Positions 44,748-53,096 of a stretch of 59,079 nucleotides of DNA are shown one piece after another. Each line of letters starts with the position of its first letter. The stretch's first letter is position 1. This stretch comes from a virus. Under the pieces are notes generated by a model. It had not been told where the DNA came from, made no database searches, and saw only the letters and a list, made by a program, of their open reading frames with translations. The stretch lies in the IMG/VR virus record IMGVR_UViG_3300006133_000009. One strand, 5' to 3'. A program made the translations under genes and the position numbers.

Positions 44748-46775
44748 TTAATGATTATTGAATAGTCTTTTTTGAGACGGTGATTTCTCGATTACAAGCT
44801 GCTCATCGCGTGAAACGATAAGGCTAATGACTTGTGACTGCATCGGTATTATGTCGTTGACTGATTCGGCGTTATCAACGAATATCGGTGCATATACGCC
44901 TTGCGATTTGCATATAGCATTGATGATGTCTAAACCGATGATGATTCTCTCGGCATTGCTGCAAGTACCGTAAGGCTTGCCGTTGAGTGTGGCTTCGCAT
45001 GTTTCTTTCTCCGCGCCGTTGATTGCAGTTGCTATCCAACGGAACTTTACGAGTGCGAAAAGACCGTTTATTCGCGATTCTATTGCCGCACTCCGAGCCT
45101 TTGAAAATTCGAGCATCGTAAATTCAAGGCGTTCAAGCTCCGCGATTTCATCGCTCTGCGTTGATAGCTGTTTTTCGAGTTCGTCAATACGTGCTTGTGT
45201 CTTTTGGTTGTAATCACGCTTTTTCAGTCGCGATTTAAGGCTGTCTATTTCAGCCGAGAGTGTGTCGCGTTTTGCTTTCAGTTCGGTATTGTTCGCCGGT
45301 GTAGCCGGTTGTTCGGTCTTCGCTTCAAGTTCTGCTATCTCGCTGTCGATTTTTGCAAGCTCCGAATCGGCGGCGATAAGCGGAGTTGCGTCCGGCATAG
45401 TGAGTTCTGCGCGGTAAATGTCACTCGCTTTCAGTTGCTCGATAGTTTCGTTATCTGCCTTGATAGATGCTTCGGATGCTTCCAATGCGGCGGTGGCACG
45501 CTGTATCTGCGTCTTGATTGCTGACCCTCTATGCTCATTGTCTGCTATGCTTCGAGCGATTGACGCGAGCGTGGCTTCACGCTGTTTCTCGAAACTCTCG
45601 ATGATTTCAGCCTCTTTCGTTTCGATGTCTTCAAGGTCAAATTGACGGTGGCACATAGGGCAGCAAAAGTCGCTTTCGTTGATTTGCACTTGTTCAGCTT
45701 TGACGGCTTGGCTGTTGGTTTGGAGTGACTTCCATTCTTTGACAAGTCTTGCCCGGTCGTTTTTGTATCGCTCTATCTCATCTTTTCGGGCGACTACCGC
45801 GCTCTCGGTCGAGCGTATGCGCTGCATGAGGCTGTCTATCTGAAATTGCACATTGTCACGCTCACGCTTTTTGTTACGATAGTCGGCTGTGGCTTCGTCT
45901 TCGATGTCTGCCACTCGCTTCGAGCGTTTGCGGCGTAGCTCGGAGATTTGCGATTGGATTTTCATCCGCTCATTGTCGGCGGCGCGTTGAGCTTCGGCGG
46001 CATTCGCCATTTGCCCTTCGATTGCATCGCGTTCGGCTGTCTTGGTCTTGATGTCAGATTCGAGAGCCGCCCAGTCTTCCGGCTCTACAAGGTCGCGTTT
46101 CTTTTCGTCTATGCGACCGGGAATGTCGGAGATTTCGGCATTGAGGCGTGATTTCTTCGCGGCTATCTCTTTCTTAAACTCGTTCATCGTCTTGCCGGTG
46201 ATTTGAGCGAGGAGTGCTTCAAAATCGGCATTTCCGGTGGCTATCTCGTTGTCGGAGATTGACCCTGCCATTTTGAGCAACATTTCTTTTTGCGATTCTG
46301 CGGACTGCGAGGGGAAGTAAGCTGGATTCGTGATAAACTTGAATACTGCTTCGTTGCAGATGTCGGCGATTTTAGCTTCATACTCACGCTGGCTGCATGG
46401 CACATCGTTGTAAAAGCGTTCTTCTTCGTTGCCGGTGAAAACTCGCTCGGTCTGACCGGCGCGTTTGACCCACTTCTCGGTGAATCGGCGGCAGATTTTG
46501 ACTTCTTCGCCGTTTACGGTGATGATAGCTGACACTTCGTGCGGAAGCTGCGGTATGATTCTTCCGTCTGCATCGAGCGTCTTCAGGTCGAATTTCTTGC
46601 GGTCTTGGCTGTCTTTGCCAAAGAGTAGCCAAGTGAATGCGTCAAAAAGAGTAGTCTTGCCGCTTCCGTTACGCCCGAAGATGTCGGTCACTCTCTCGTC
46701 AAAGCTGACCGAGAGTTCTCTAATGCCCTTGAAGTTCACAAGCGAAAGAGATTTGATGATGATTTCTTTCTTCAT
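44748..46775 (-). CDS. SbcC/Rad50-like AAA ATPase with coiled coil and zinc hook (675 aa)
   Basis: N-terminal Walker A GRNGSGKTTLFDA, a long coiled coil, a central CCPMC hook-like motif, and a C-terminal Walker B-like segment (PIFVDNAE). Confidence 0.75.
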   Translation of the reverse strand: MKKEIIIKSLSLVNFKGIRELSVSFDERVTDIFGRNGSGKTTLFDAFTWLLFGKDSQDRKKFDLKTLDADGRIIPQLPHEVSAIITVNGEEVKICRRFTEKWVKRAGQTERVFTGNEEERFYNDVPCSQREYEAKIADICNEAVFKFITNPAYFPSQSAESQKEMLLKMAGSISDNEIATGNADFEALLAQITGKTMNEFKKEIAAKKSRLNAEISDIPGRIDEKKRDLVEPEDWAALESDIKTKTAERDAIEGQMANAAEAQRAADNERMKIQSQISELRRKRSKRVADIEDEATADYRNKKRERDNVQFQIDSLMQRIRSTESAVVARKDEIERYKNDRARLVKEWKSLQTNSQAVKAEQVQINESDFCCPMCHRQFDLEDIETKEAEIIESFEKQREATLASIARSIADNEHRGSAIKTQIQRATAALEASEASIKADNETIEQLKASDIYRAELTMPDATPLIAADSELAKIDSEIAELEAKTEQPATPANNTELKAKRDTLSAEIDSLKSRLKKRDYNQKTQARIDELEKQLSTQSDEIAELERLEFTMLEFSKARSAAIESRINGLFALVKFRWIATAINGAEKETCEATLNGKPYGTCSNAERIIIGLDIINAICKSQGVYAPIFVDNAESVNDIIPMQSQVISLIVSRDEQLVIEKSPSQKRLFNNH

Positions 46776-46787
46776 TTTGCGTTATTA

Positions 46788-47063
46788 TTACAGTTTGTTG
46801 ATTGCTATGTGCGTTGCCGCTTTGCTGTTGATTTCCGCATTAGTTGGTATGCGGTCTGACAGTTGCCATTCTTCGATTTCGGATTTCTTGAAGAATGTGC
46901 GGTTGCCTTGTTTGTAGTGGGGGATAAGACGCTTGCTTACAAGGTGGCGTACCCGGTCGGTAGATACTGAAAGAATAATCGCCACATCATCGACATTCAG
47001 CACGTTTTTGAATTGCAGTAGCATTATCCGTTCAAGGCGTTCAAGTCTTTGCTCTATGCTCAT
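46788..47063 (-). CDS. Excisionase-family (HTH_17) DNA-binding protein (91 aa)
   Basis: LNVDDVAIILSVSTDRVRHLVSKRLIPHYKQGNRTFFKKSEIEEW is the MerR/Xis-type HTH pattern. Confidence 0.6.
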   Translation of the reverse strand: MSIEQRLERLERIMLLQFKNVLNVDDVAIILSVSTDRVRHLVSKRLIPHYKQGNRTFFKKSEIEEWQLSDRIPTNAEINSKAATHIAINKL

Positions 47064-47311
47064 CGCTTGACCTCCTTCTTTTTCTTTCGCGCGGAGCGGA
47101 GTTCGTCAACACTTGGCTTTAACATCAGCTTCCAACCGACATAAGCCATTATCGAGAAAAGCCACACAAAGACATATCCCGGACGGCTATCATCGTCTTT
47201 TATAGTTTCTATTAGGCACCGTACCGCATACGATATGCCGAAAAGCATCATTAACACGGACGCTATGACTTGCGCCCAATAGAATATCATTGGAATGCTG
47301 ATTCTACGCAT
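47060..47311 (-). CDS. Small membrane protein (83 aa)
   Basis: Two hydrophobic helices followed by a basic C-terminus. Confidence 0.5.
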   Translation of the reverse strand: MRRISIPMIFYWAQVIASVLMMLFGISYAVRCLIETIKDDDSRPGYVFVWLFSIMAYVGWKLMLKPSVDELRSARKKKKEVKR

Positions 47312-47316
47312 AGTCG

Positions 47317-47538
47317 TTAAGTGTTAGGGAATAGAGTTTCGGGGTCAACGCCAAATTCTTTCGCGATATGCTTTCGTGTCAGAGCGTCCGGGACTTGCTG
47401 CCCGGTCGCCCACTGACGGACTGTGTTAGGCGACTTCTCCGTCACAGTTGCGACACGCTCGATGAAAGACTGCACCGGCGTAGGTTTGTCCTTTTCTCTC
47501 TGATAGAGGTCTTTGAATGTGATTTTGCGACATTCCAT
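47317..47538 (-). CDS. Cro/XRE-like HTH regulator (73 aa)
   Basis: SPNTVRQWATGQQVPDALTRKHIAKEFGV is an HTH. Second gene of the leftward early operon. Confidence 0.6.
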   Translation of the reverse strand: MECRKITFKDLYQREKDKPTPVQSFIERVATVTEKSPNTVRQWATGQQVPDALTRKHIAKEFGVDPETLFPNT

Positions 47539-47543
47539 ATTCG

Positions 47544-47957
47544 TTATTTTTGTTTCATTACTTCAATGAGGGTACTTCGCTCCGAATCTCGCAAAGGCAG
47601 ATTCATTTCGAGCTTCAAGATGATAGCCGCTTCAAGTCCGATTAATTCGATAACTTCACAATAAAGCTCATCATCAAGGTGCTGCTGTGCCTTTGAGAGC
47701 ATAAGTTTTGCGACCCTCAACTCACTTTCTTTGAAGATGTGGATTGCTGAATCTTTGCGTTTGAGGCTCTGTGTAAACTCTTGTGTACGCTCAAACAATG
47801 CGTATAATATCTCACTGTTGGAGTGTTCTTTGAAATCTTTGCAGAACGTGTCTTTGTCGATGGATTCACCGACTGCGTAATATATCTGCTCTACTTCCTT
47901 GTATCGGTCTTCGGGGATAGTGTAGCCGGTACGGTCTTCAAATTCTTTCTTTGTCAT
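47544..47957 (-). CDS. Hypothetical protein, first gene of the leftward early operon (137 aa)
   Basis: ORF with an AACGCAA-T-ATG start. Confidence 0.5.
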   Translation of the reverse strand: MTKKEFEDRTGYTIPEDRYKEVEQIYYAVGESIDKDTFCKDFKEHSNSEILYALFERTQEFTQSLKRKDSAIHIFKESELRVAKLMLSKAQQHLDDELYCEVIELIGLEAAIILKLEMNLPLRDSERSTLIEVMKQK

Positions 47958-48098
47958 ATTGCGTTGATTTTCGGGGGTTGCTATTGCTTAATAGGTATTA
48001 AGTTTTTATATTTGCACAATTTTTATTTTGATTGTGGCAATTACTTTCGTGATTGCGATGCAAAGTTAATGAACAAATCTCATTGAGGCAAATTTCTG
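47958..48098. promoter_or_regulatory. Lysis-lysogeny switch region with divergent genes and candidate operators
   Basis: Contains a + strand TATATTTG (48007..48014) and a minus-strand TAACTTTG (48061..48068). Also a palindrome CTTAATA-GG-TATTAAG (47987..48002) and an inverted repeat ttgcacaat/attgtggcaa (48012..48040). Confidence 0.5.
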
Positions 48099-48668
48099 AT
48101 GAGAAAATTTCATCATAATTTTCACAACACAATGGAAAGTATTGAAAGTCAAAGCGTTAAGGAAAGGTTAAAATCCTACATAAAATTCAAAAATATATCC
48201 GTGCGCAGCTTTGAAAGCACTTGCGGATTCTCATACGGCTTTGTTGGCAATATGCGAAACTCTATGCAACCCGACAAGATATTGAGAATATCTCATTGCT
48301 TCCCCGACCTAAATACGGGGTGGCTTATAACCGGCGAGGGCGAGATGCTGAAAGATTCATCTATGACCGTAGGCGAAGTGTCCGGCAATGACAACACAAT
48401 CGGGATGACGGTCACGCAAACGATATCGGAGAATAGCGGTCAGAATGCCGGGCGTGATATTAATAACTATGGAGAGCGGCAATTTATGGCCGAACTTGAA
48501 GCGCAACGACTTCTTGCAGCGCGTCAGTTAGAGGTCTATGCTGCTTCTCTTGACAAAAAAGATGAGCAAATTCGTACTGCTCAATCTCAAATAGACACTT
48601 TAATCAAACAAAATCAAGAACAATTCAACCGCTTCATGTCGCTGCTTGAGGCAATGCAAAAAGTATGA
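48099..48668 (+). CDS. CI-like repressor candidate (189 aa)
   Basis: N-terminal HTH ending in NTGWLITGEGEML, a phage CI-repressor-type motif. C-terminal coiled coil. Divergent from the Cro-like operon. Confidence 0.6.
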   Translation: MRKFHHNFHNTMESIESQSVKERLKSYIKFKNISVRSFESTCGFSYGFVGNMRNSMQPDKILRISHCFPDLNTGWLITGEGEMLKDSSMTVGEVSGNDNTIGMTVTQTISENSGQNAGRDINNYGERQFMAELEAQRLLAARQLEVYAASLDKKDEQIRTAQSQIDTLIKQNQEQFNRFMSLLEAMQKV

Positions 48669-49186
48669 AAGTAAGACTTGAAGATATTAGCCGCTTCATT
48701 GAAGACCACAACCTATCTCCACTTTGTCAAACGGAAGATGAAATGGTCACTATCTCGGACGCTTCTTTATCCGGGAAAGATGAAGTTGAAACGCCCGATG
48801 ACTATTGGTCGATACTTGTTGAGCGCGATTCAGAGATGAAAGCCAAACAAGCAAAATGGGATGCTGAATATTCAGCGATTTCATTGCACCGCAAAGCCGG
48901 AATGGAATGCGAGGCAAACGGAGATATTGATGAAGCTATAAACGAGTATGCGGAATCAATACGGCTCGGAGAAAACGCGGAAAACGATATGTTTCACGCA
49001 TTCGGGTATTCATACACACGAATAATCGTACTACTCGACAAAGTAAAGCGTTTCGCCAAGGAAATAGACTACATAGAGGCTGTGTTGAATCATAGCATGA
49101 AAGATTCAGAGCGTGGCAAGTATGCCGCAAGGCTTGAAAAGACAAAAGTTAAACTCGTCAAACAATCTAACGATGGGAGAATCTAA
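48665..49186 (+). CDS. Hypothetical protein, helical repeat-like (173 aa)
   Basis: ORF whose start overlaps the repressor stop. Confidence 0.45.
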   Translation: MKVRLEDISRFIEDHNLSPLCQTEDEMVTISDASLSGKDEVETPDDYWSILVERDSEMKAKQAKWDAEYSAISLHRKAGMECEANGDIDEAINEYAESIRLGENAENDMFHAFGYSYTRIIVLLDKVKRFAKEIDYIEAVLNHSMKDSERGKYAARLEKTKVKLVKQSNDGRI

Positions 49187-49385
49187 CCGATTACCGTACT
49201 TCTTGATAGACTTGATGAAGTCTTATATCAATGGCGAAGTGCCTCTCAATGACAAAGCCGATGTGCTTAAATTTGAGATAGGTCGTCAACTCGTGAACTG
49301 TAACGCTCGTAATGAGCCGACCGCCGACCTTGAATATCTCTATGATACGGCGGAGTGGCTTCAATCTAAAATATTAGAGGAATGA
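49173..49385 (+). CDS. Hypothetical protein (70 aa from M21)
   Basis: The internal ATG reduces the overlap with the upstream gene to 14 nt. Confidence 0.4.
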   Translation: MGESNRLPYFLIDLMKSYINGEVPLNDKADVLKFEIGRQLVNCNARNEPTADLEYLYDTAEWLQSKILEE

Positions 49386-49918
49386 AAAGAGTAGGTTTGT
49401 GTATATGCTCGATGCTGATGCTCTGCGCTTGCTCGAACAATGACGAAAAGCCGGAAGTTGTAAGATGCACCAATAAACTCGTTGAGATGTACCCGAACTA
49501 TCGGAGCAATGAAATTGCCGAAGCTGCAATGTTGGATTCGATAGCTAATCATCCGCGACCAATCGGTCAACTCGCTTCTGATTTAGACGGTGTGGATTTT
49601 CGGTTTGCCCGGCTTATCGAGAATCCGAATGACGGTAGCCAATCGGCATTATTCGTGTCTGACGGCTGTATGTCGGATATTGAGAATCCTAACGGCAAGC
49701 CGAAATATCTAATTACCGACATTCATATTCGCGTGCTTGGTAAGGTCGAGTCTGAAACTGCGGCAAAGTTAGACGGTCACGCTCAATACCGTGTAAGTGG
49801 CATTCTTCACGCGTGGGATGCAAACGATGTGTTCTTTGTCACAAACAAAGTCGGAGCTTCAGTTGACTTTGGCACTTACATTCTCGATGAAATGACTGTT
49901 GAAAGAGTAGGGAAATGA
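49382..49918 (+). CDS. Lipoprotein (178 aa), lysogeny-operon cargo
   Basis: Signal peptide with lipobox MLMLCAC-S. Confidence 0.6.
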   Translation: MKRVGLCICSMLMLCACSNNDEKPEVVRCTNKLVEMYPNYRSNEIAEAAMLDSIANHPRPIGQLASDLDGVDFRFARLIENPNDGSQSALFVSDGCMSDIENPNGKPKYLITDIHIRVLGKVESETAAKLDGHAQYRVSGILHAWDANDVFFVTNKVGASVDFGTYILDEMTVERVGK

Positions 49919-50184
49919 GCCGCCGCCGAGTTTACAGTAATGACACCCTCGCAATAATGGATAGGTTCTTTATCGCGCTTGATGCGTGTCTGCAAAACAA
50001 TCTATTCAAGACACTCAAAGAGTATTTTGAAAAAGCCGGAATCGAGCCGCCACACTTCTACACCCAACGAAAGAATCGTGATAGAGGTTATTTTGAGGTT
50101 GGCTGGCTCGTTCCGCTGATAAAAGACTGTGGCGTGTCGGCTCGTTGGCTTATGACCGGCGTAGGAACGATGTTTGCAGAATAA
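49915..50184 (+). CDS. Second CI-type HTH protein (89 aa)
   Basis: The C-terminal CGVSARWLMTGVGTMF repeats the WLxTGxG motif seen in the 189-aa repressor candidate. Confidence 0.5.
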   Translation: MSRRRVYSNDTLAIMDRFFIALDACLQNNLFKTLKEYFEKAGIEPPHFYTQRKNRDRGYFEVGWLVPLIKDCGVSARWLMTGVGTMFAE

Positions 50185-50222
50185 TCACGATTCCGGCAAA
50201 TTTGGGAACGCTTTTTGGCTCT

Positions 50223-51401
50223 TTATCGCTCGTTTTCGTCATTTTGGGAACGCTCTCCGAAAATGTCCGGGATTCTCGCAACGGCAGCTTGCTTGTTTTT
50301 GTCAAGGACTTTCGCGTATATCTGCGTTGTCGATAGTTCACGATGTCCGAGTAGCTTGCTGACTGTGTAAATGTCGGTGCCGATGTCGAGCATGAGGACT
50401 GCGAATGTATGGCGGCCACAATGGAATGTGATGTGTTTGTCGATGCCGGCGCGTAGGCACCACTCTTTAATGGCGTGATTCGTGTCGCTCGGATATCGGA
50501 TGTCACCAAAGACATATTCGCCCGGCTTTCCTCGCTCTCCCAGGAGGTCGGCAGCTTGAGGCGTGATGTCGAGATATTCTTGACCGCCGGTTTTCTTTTG
50601 CCGGAAGATAATGCGTGTGAAGTCGCCTTGCTTCTGCATTTCGCCCCAAGTCAGCTTCACGATATCGCTACGGCGTAAGCCGGTAAGACACGAAAAGAGA
50701 AAGGCGCGTTTGATTTCCGGGAACTCGCATTGAGTGTCAACGAGCTTTCGGATTTCTTCGAGCGTCAGATACATTCGCGTACCCTCTTCGCCGCTGAATC
50801 CGTCAATGCCACGCATAGGATTGTGCGGAATGATTCTATCTTCGTATGCTTGATTAAGACACGCCCGGAGCTTGTTAAAATAACTCTGCTTAGAGTTCTG
50901 CGACAATGGGCGGCGGTCTGCTCTCACTCGCTTGTCATTGCCGAATGCCTCGGCTTTCTTGTCAAGGTAGGTTCTGAATCCCTCGACCCAACGCGGCGTG
51001 ATTTCGGCGAATGTGATGCGTTTGTTCCGCTCGTACTTTTCGAGATGCTTCAAGCACGATAGCCAGTTGCCCCAATTGCCTCGGCTCTCTTTGCCGAGCC
51101 GCTTTTCAGTCATAGCGCGGTAGTAGTCGAAGAATAGAGTATCTTCGGCAAACTGTGATTTGAATCCGTAGTCGCCGTTCTGCATCTCAACGAGCCGTTT
51201 GCCGAGAATCGACTGTGCGAGTTGCATAGTCTGCTTGTTTTTCTCCTTGTCGGCGCGTGTCTTCTCCGGGATTAGGTAGAGCTTCAGAAACTCGTAATCT
51301 CTCTTGCCGTCTTTGTGGTATATGTCGAGATACAGGCTTATGTTACCGTTGAGTAGTTTCCGTTTCCGAAGCCGGATAGGTGATTTGTTTGTATCAGTCA
51401 T
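50223..51401 (-). CDS. int: Tyrosine integrase (392 aa)
   Basis: Catalytic region LTGLRRSD...HCGRHTFAV...LLGHRELSTTQIYAKV (R..H.R..H/Y). N-terminal SAM-like arm-binding region, as in Bacteroides phage integrases. Confidence 0.85.
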   Translation of the reverse strand: MTDTNKSPIRLRKRKLLNGNISLYLDIYHKDGKRDYEFLKLYLIPEKTRADKEKNKQTMQLAQSILGKRLVEMQNGDYGFKSQFAEDTLFFDYYRAMTEKRLGKESRGNWGNWLSCLKHLEKYERNKRITFAEITPRWVEGFRTYLDKKAEAFGNDKRVRADRRPLSQNSKQSYFNKLRACLNQAYEDRIIPHNPMRGIDGFSGEEGTRMYLTLEEIRKLVDTQCEFPEIKRAFLFSCLTGLRRSDIVKLTWGEMQKQGDFTRIIFRQKKTGGQEYLDITPQAADLLGERGKPGEYVFGDIRYPSDTNHAIKEWCLRAGIDKHITFHCGRHTFAVLMLDIGTDIYTVSKLLGHRELSTTQIYAKVLDKNKQAAVARIPDIFGERSQNDENER

Positions 51402-51462
51402 ATTGCGTTGTTATTTTTGTTACTTTTGTTACTTCGGAATTTGGAGTAACAAAATAACAACA

Positions 51463-51470
51463 CAAAGGTA
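51463..51470 (-). promoter_or_regulatory. Candidate -7 box TACCTTTG for int
   Basis: The + strand CAAAGGTA lies 62 nt upstream of the int ATG. An inverted repeat lies between it and the gene. Confidence 0.3.
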
Positions 51471-51723
51471 ACATATTCTCACCATACCCACACCATATTC
51501 ACGCCAATATTTTCATCTATGCTAAAGCTCACGTTTACTTATATAATATGGTATCAGTATGTTATGCGTATGGTGTCAGTCTGTTATTTTTATTTGTATA
51601 GAAACTCCGATACTACTTTCCGATGCAGAATGTAATAAAAGCTAATATAATAAACTTATAATCAAATATTTAATGTGGGTATAATTTTGTTGAAGTCACG
51701 AAATAACAACAAAATCTAAAAAT

Positions 51724-51764
51724 AAAGCTCTCCGACCCGGTTAAAACACGATTCGGAGAGCTTT
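51724..51764 (-). terminator. Hairpin downstream of the lysis operon
   Basis: 11-bp stem aaagctctccg/cggagagcttt with a 19-nt loop. A T-rich run follows on the minus strand. Confidence 0.4.
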
Positions 51765-51886
51765 CAACGCAAATGATGATTGAAAGAAATCATCGACCAC
51801 AAAGGTAGTCAATAATTTTCGGTTTTCAAATATAAGTCGCGTTTCTCAACGTGGCTCTCATTCAATATATTATTAAACTAACTCAC

Positions 51887-52489
51887 TTAATCTTTATGAG
51901 ATAGACGGCGGCGTAACCTACGAATAATGAAACACAATGTGATAAACGCGGCTATTGCGCCGGTAATAGTGCTTACATAGTAGATGAATCCGCGTATTGG
52001 CTTTTCTTCAGATTCCGTATCGGTGGCGTTGTCTTCGTCACGTTTGGCATCTATGCTTTCATCGGACTGTGATTTATCTTCAGTCGTTATGTCGGCATCG
52101 GTTTTTTTGGTTCGATTGTTATTGAAGTCGATTCGCCCGGTCGTGATTGATTTTATGCCGCTGTGACTATTGGGAGGTTTCTTGCTCTCTCGATTCTTGG
52201 GTTTAGGCATCGGAGTATCGCCGGAAGTCTGCGTTGTGTCGGTTTCGCTTGTGCCGTCATTAAATTCAACTTTCGTAAACTCAATAACGGCATTGGTAAT
52301 CTCGTTGATATTCTGCGAGAGATTGACGGCTTCTTTGTTCTGATTCTCGCTGTGACGGTCTTCGTGCTGTGATGATGTGATGTGCTGCTCGGTCGAGATT
52401 TGAGCGGTTTTCCGAGTTGTTCCGCACGATTCCGAGAGTGCTGCGATGAGCATAGCGAGCAAGAACGGCAAAATTCGGTTCTTAATCAT
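51887..52489 (-). CDS. Candidate unimolecular spanin/lysis accessory membrane protein (200 aa)
   Basis: N-terminal signal with Cys22 (LIAALSESC), a polar low-complexity middle, and a C-terminal TM helix followed by RRLRRRL. Its start overlaps the endolysin stop. Confidence 0.4.
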   Translation of the reverse strand: MIKNRILPFLLAMLIAALSESCGTTRKTAQISTEQHITSSQHEDRHSENQNKEAVNLSQNINEITNAVIEFTKVEFNDGTSETDTTQTSGDTPMPKPKNRESKKPPNSHSGIKSITTGRIDFNNNRTKKTDADITTEDKSQSDESIDAKRDEDNATDTESEEKPIRGFIYYVSTITGAIAAFITLCFIIRRLRRRLSHKD

Positions 52490-53096
52490 ATTTCAGTCCG
52501 TTAAAAGTGATTGCGTTGATGCGGCGTTTCCAACCGCGAATGAATTTCTTTTGCGATGGCTTACGAGCTACAATGTCATCGACAAATTTCAGCCTTGCGG
52601 CGTGTATCTGCTCGAATAGTTTACGCGGCTCTGCTGATTTGAGCGCGGCGAGTGTCTTTGCACCCACAATACCATCGGCAGTAACGCCGAGAATGCGTTG
52701 CGGAATTTTGATGCCGTTATTGCCGCTCGCCCATACCCAATCAACGAGTATGTTTGCGATAGCTTGATTCTCGATAGTGTCAGCTTGCCACTTATCCCAA
52801 AAGAGCTTTTTCATTATCGCTCTCCAGTCTTGATAAGTGATGTTTTTGAGGTCGGCTACTGTTGTTGTCTTATGACCTTGTGACTTGCGATAAGCCGCAA
52901 ATGTTCCGATTGTCACACCGCACATTGTCGCGCCGCCGCTATCGTCCGGGTCGTTAGCAAAGCCGGTTTTCTTCGCTTGTTGAAACATTGCATCAAGCGG
53001 AAGCCCCAAATGTGCGCGGCTCAAACCGACTTCAAAATATAGCACAAAGGGTATGAGTTCTTCAATCTTCGCCATTGTTATCTTTTTTAGGTTCAA
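52482..53096 (-). CDS. Endolysin, GH108-like muramidase with PG_binding_3 domain (204 aa)
   Basis: NDPDDSGGATMCGVT (GH108 core) and GVTADGIVGAKTLAAL (peptidoglycan-binding motif). Confidence 0.75.
   Translation of the reverse strand: MNLKKITMAKIEELIPFVLYFEVGLSRAHLGLPLDAMFQQAKKTGFANDPDDSGGATMCGVTIGTFAAYRKSQGHKTTTVADLKNITYQDWRAIMKKLFWDKWQADTIENQAIANILVDWVWASGNNGIKIPQRILGVTADGIVGAKTLAALKSAEPRKLFEQIHAARLKFVDDIVARKPSQKKFIRGWKRRINAITFNGLKYD

Larger units (their letters stand above)
51402..51886. other. Candidate attP region with arm-type repeats
   Basis: 485-nt AT-rich non-coding gap beside int. TTTTGTTAC occurs twice direct (51415..51432) and once inverted (51446..51454). An inverted pair attttgttg/caacaaaat lies at 51684..51715. 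Two 19-bp direct repeats lie at 51547..51565 and 51569..51587. Confidence 0.45.

Noticed and set aside
51772-51807. 11-codon ORF (MMIERNHRPQR) preceded by AACGCAA in the attP region
   Set aside because: It is too short and isolated to call. It may be a remnant or a chance occurrence of the motif.
51800-51807. CAAAGGTA as a further minus-strand promoter between the spanin gene and the terminator
   Set aside because: It would drive transcription straight into a hairpin with no gene downstream. It is probably a chance match to a degenerate 6-of-8 motif.
51402-51886. tRNA gene or tRNA-derived attP core; CRISPR array
   Set aside because: I could not find a cloverleaf or a GGTTCGAATCC-type T-arm by eye. 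The repeats are short arm-type motifs, not spacer-separated CRISPR repeats. A tRNAscan run would settle this.
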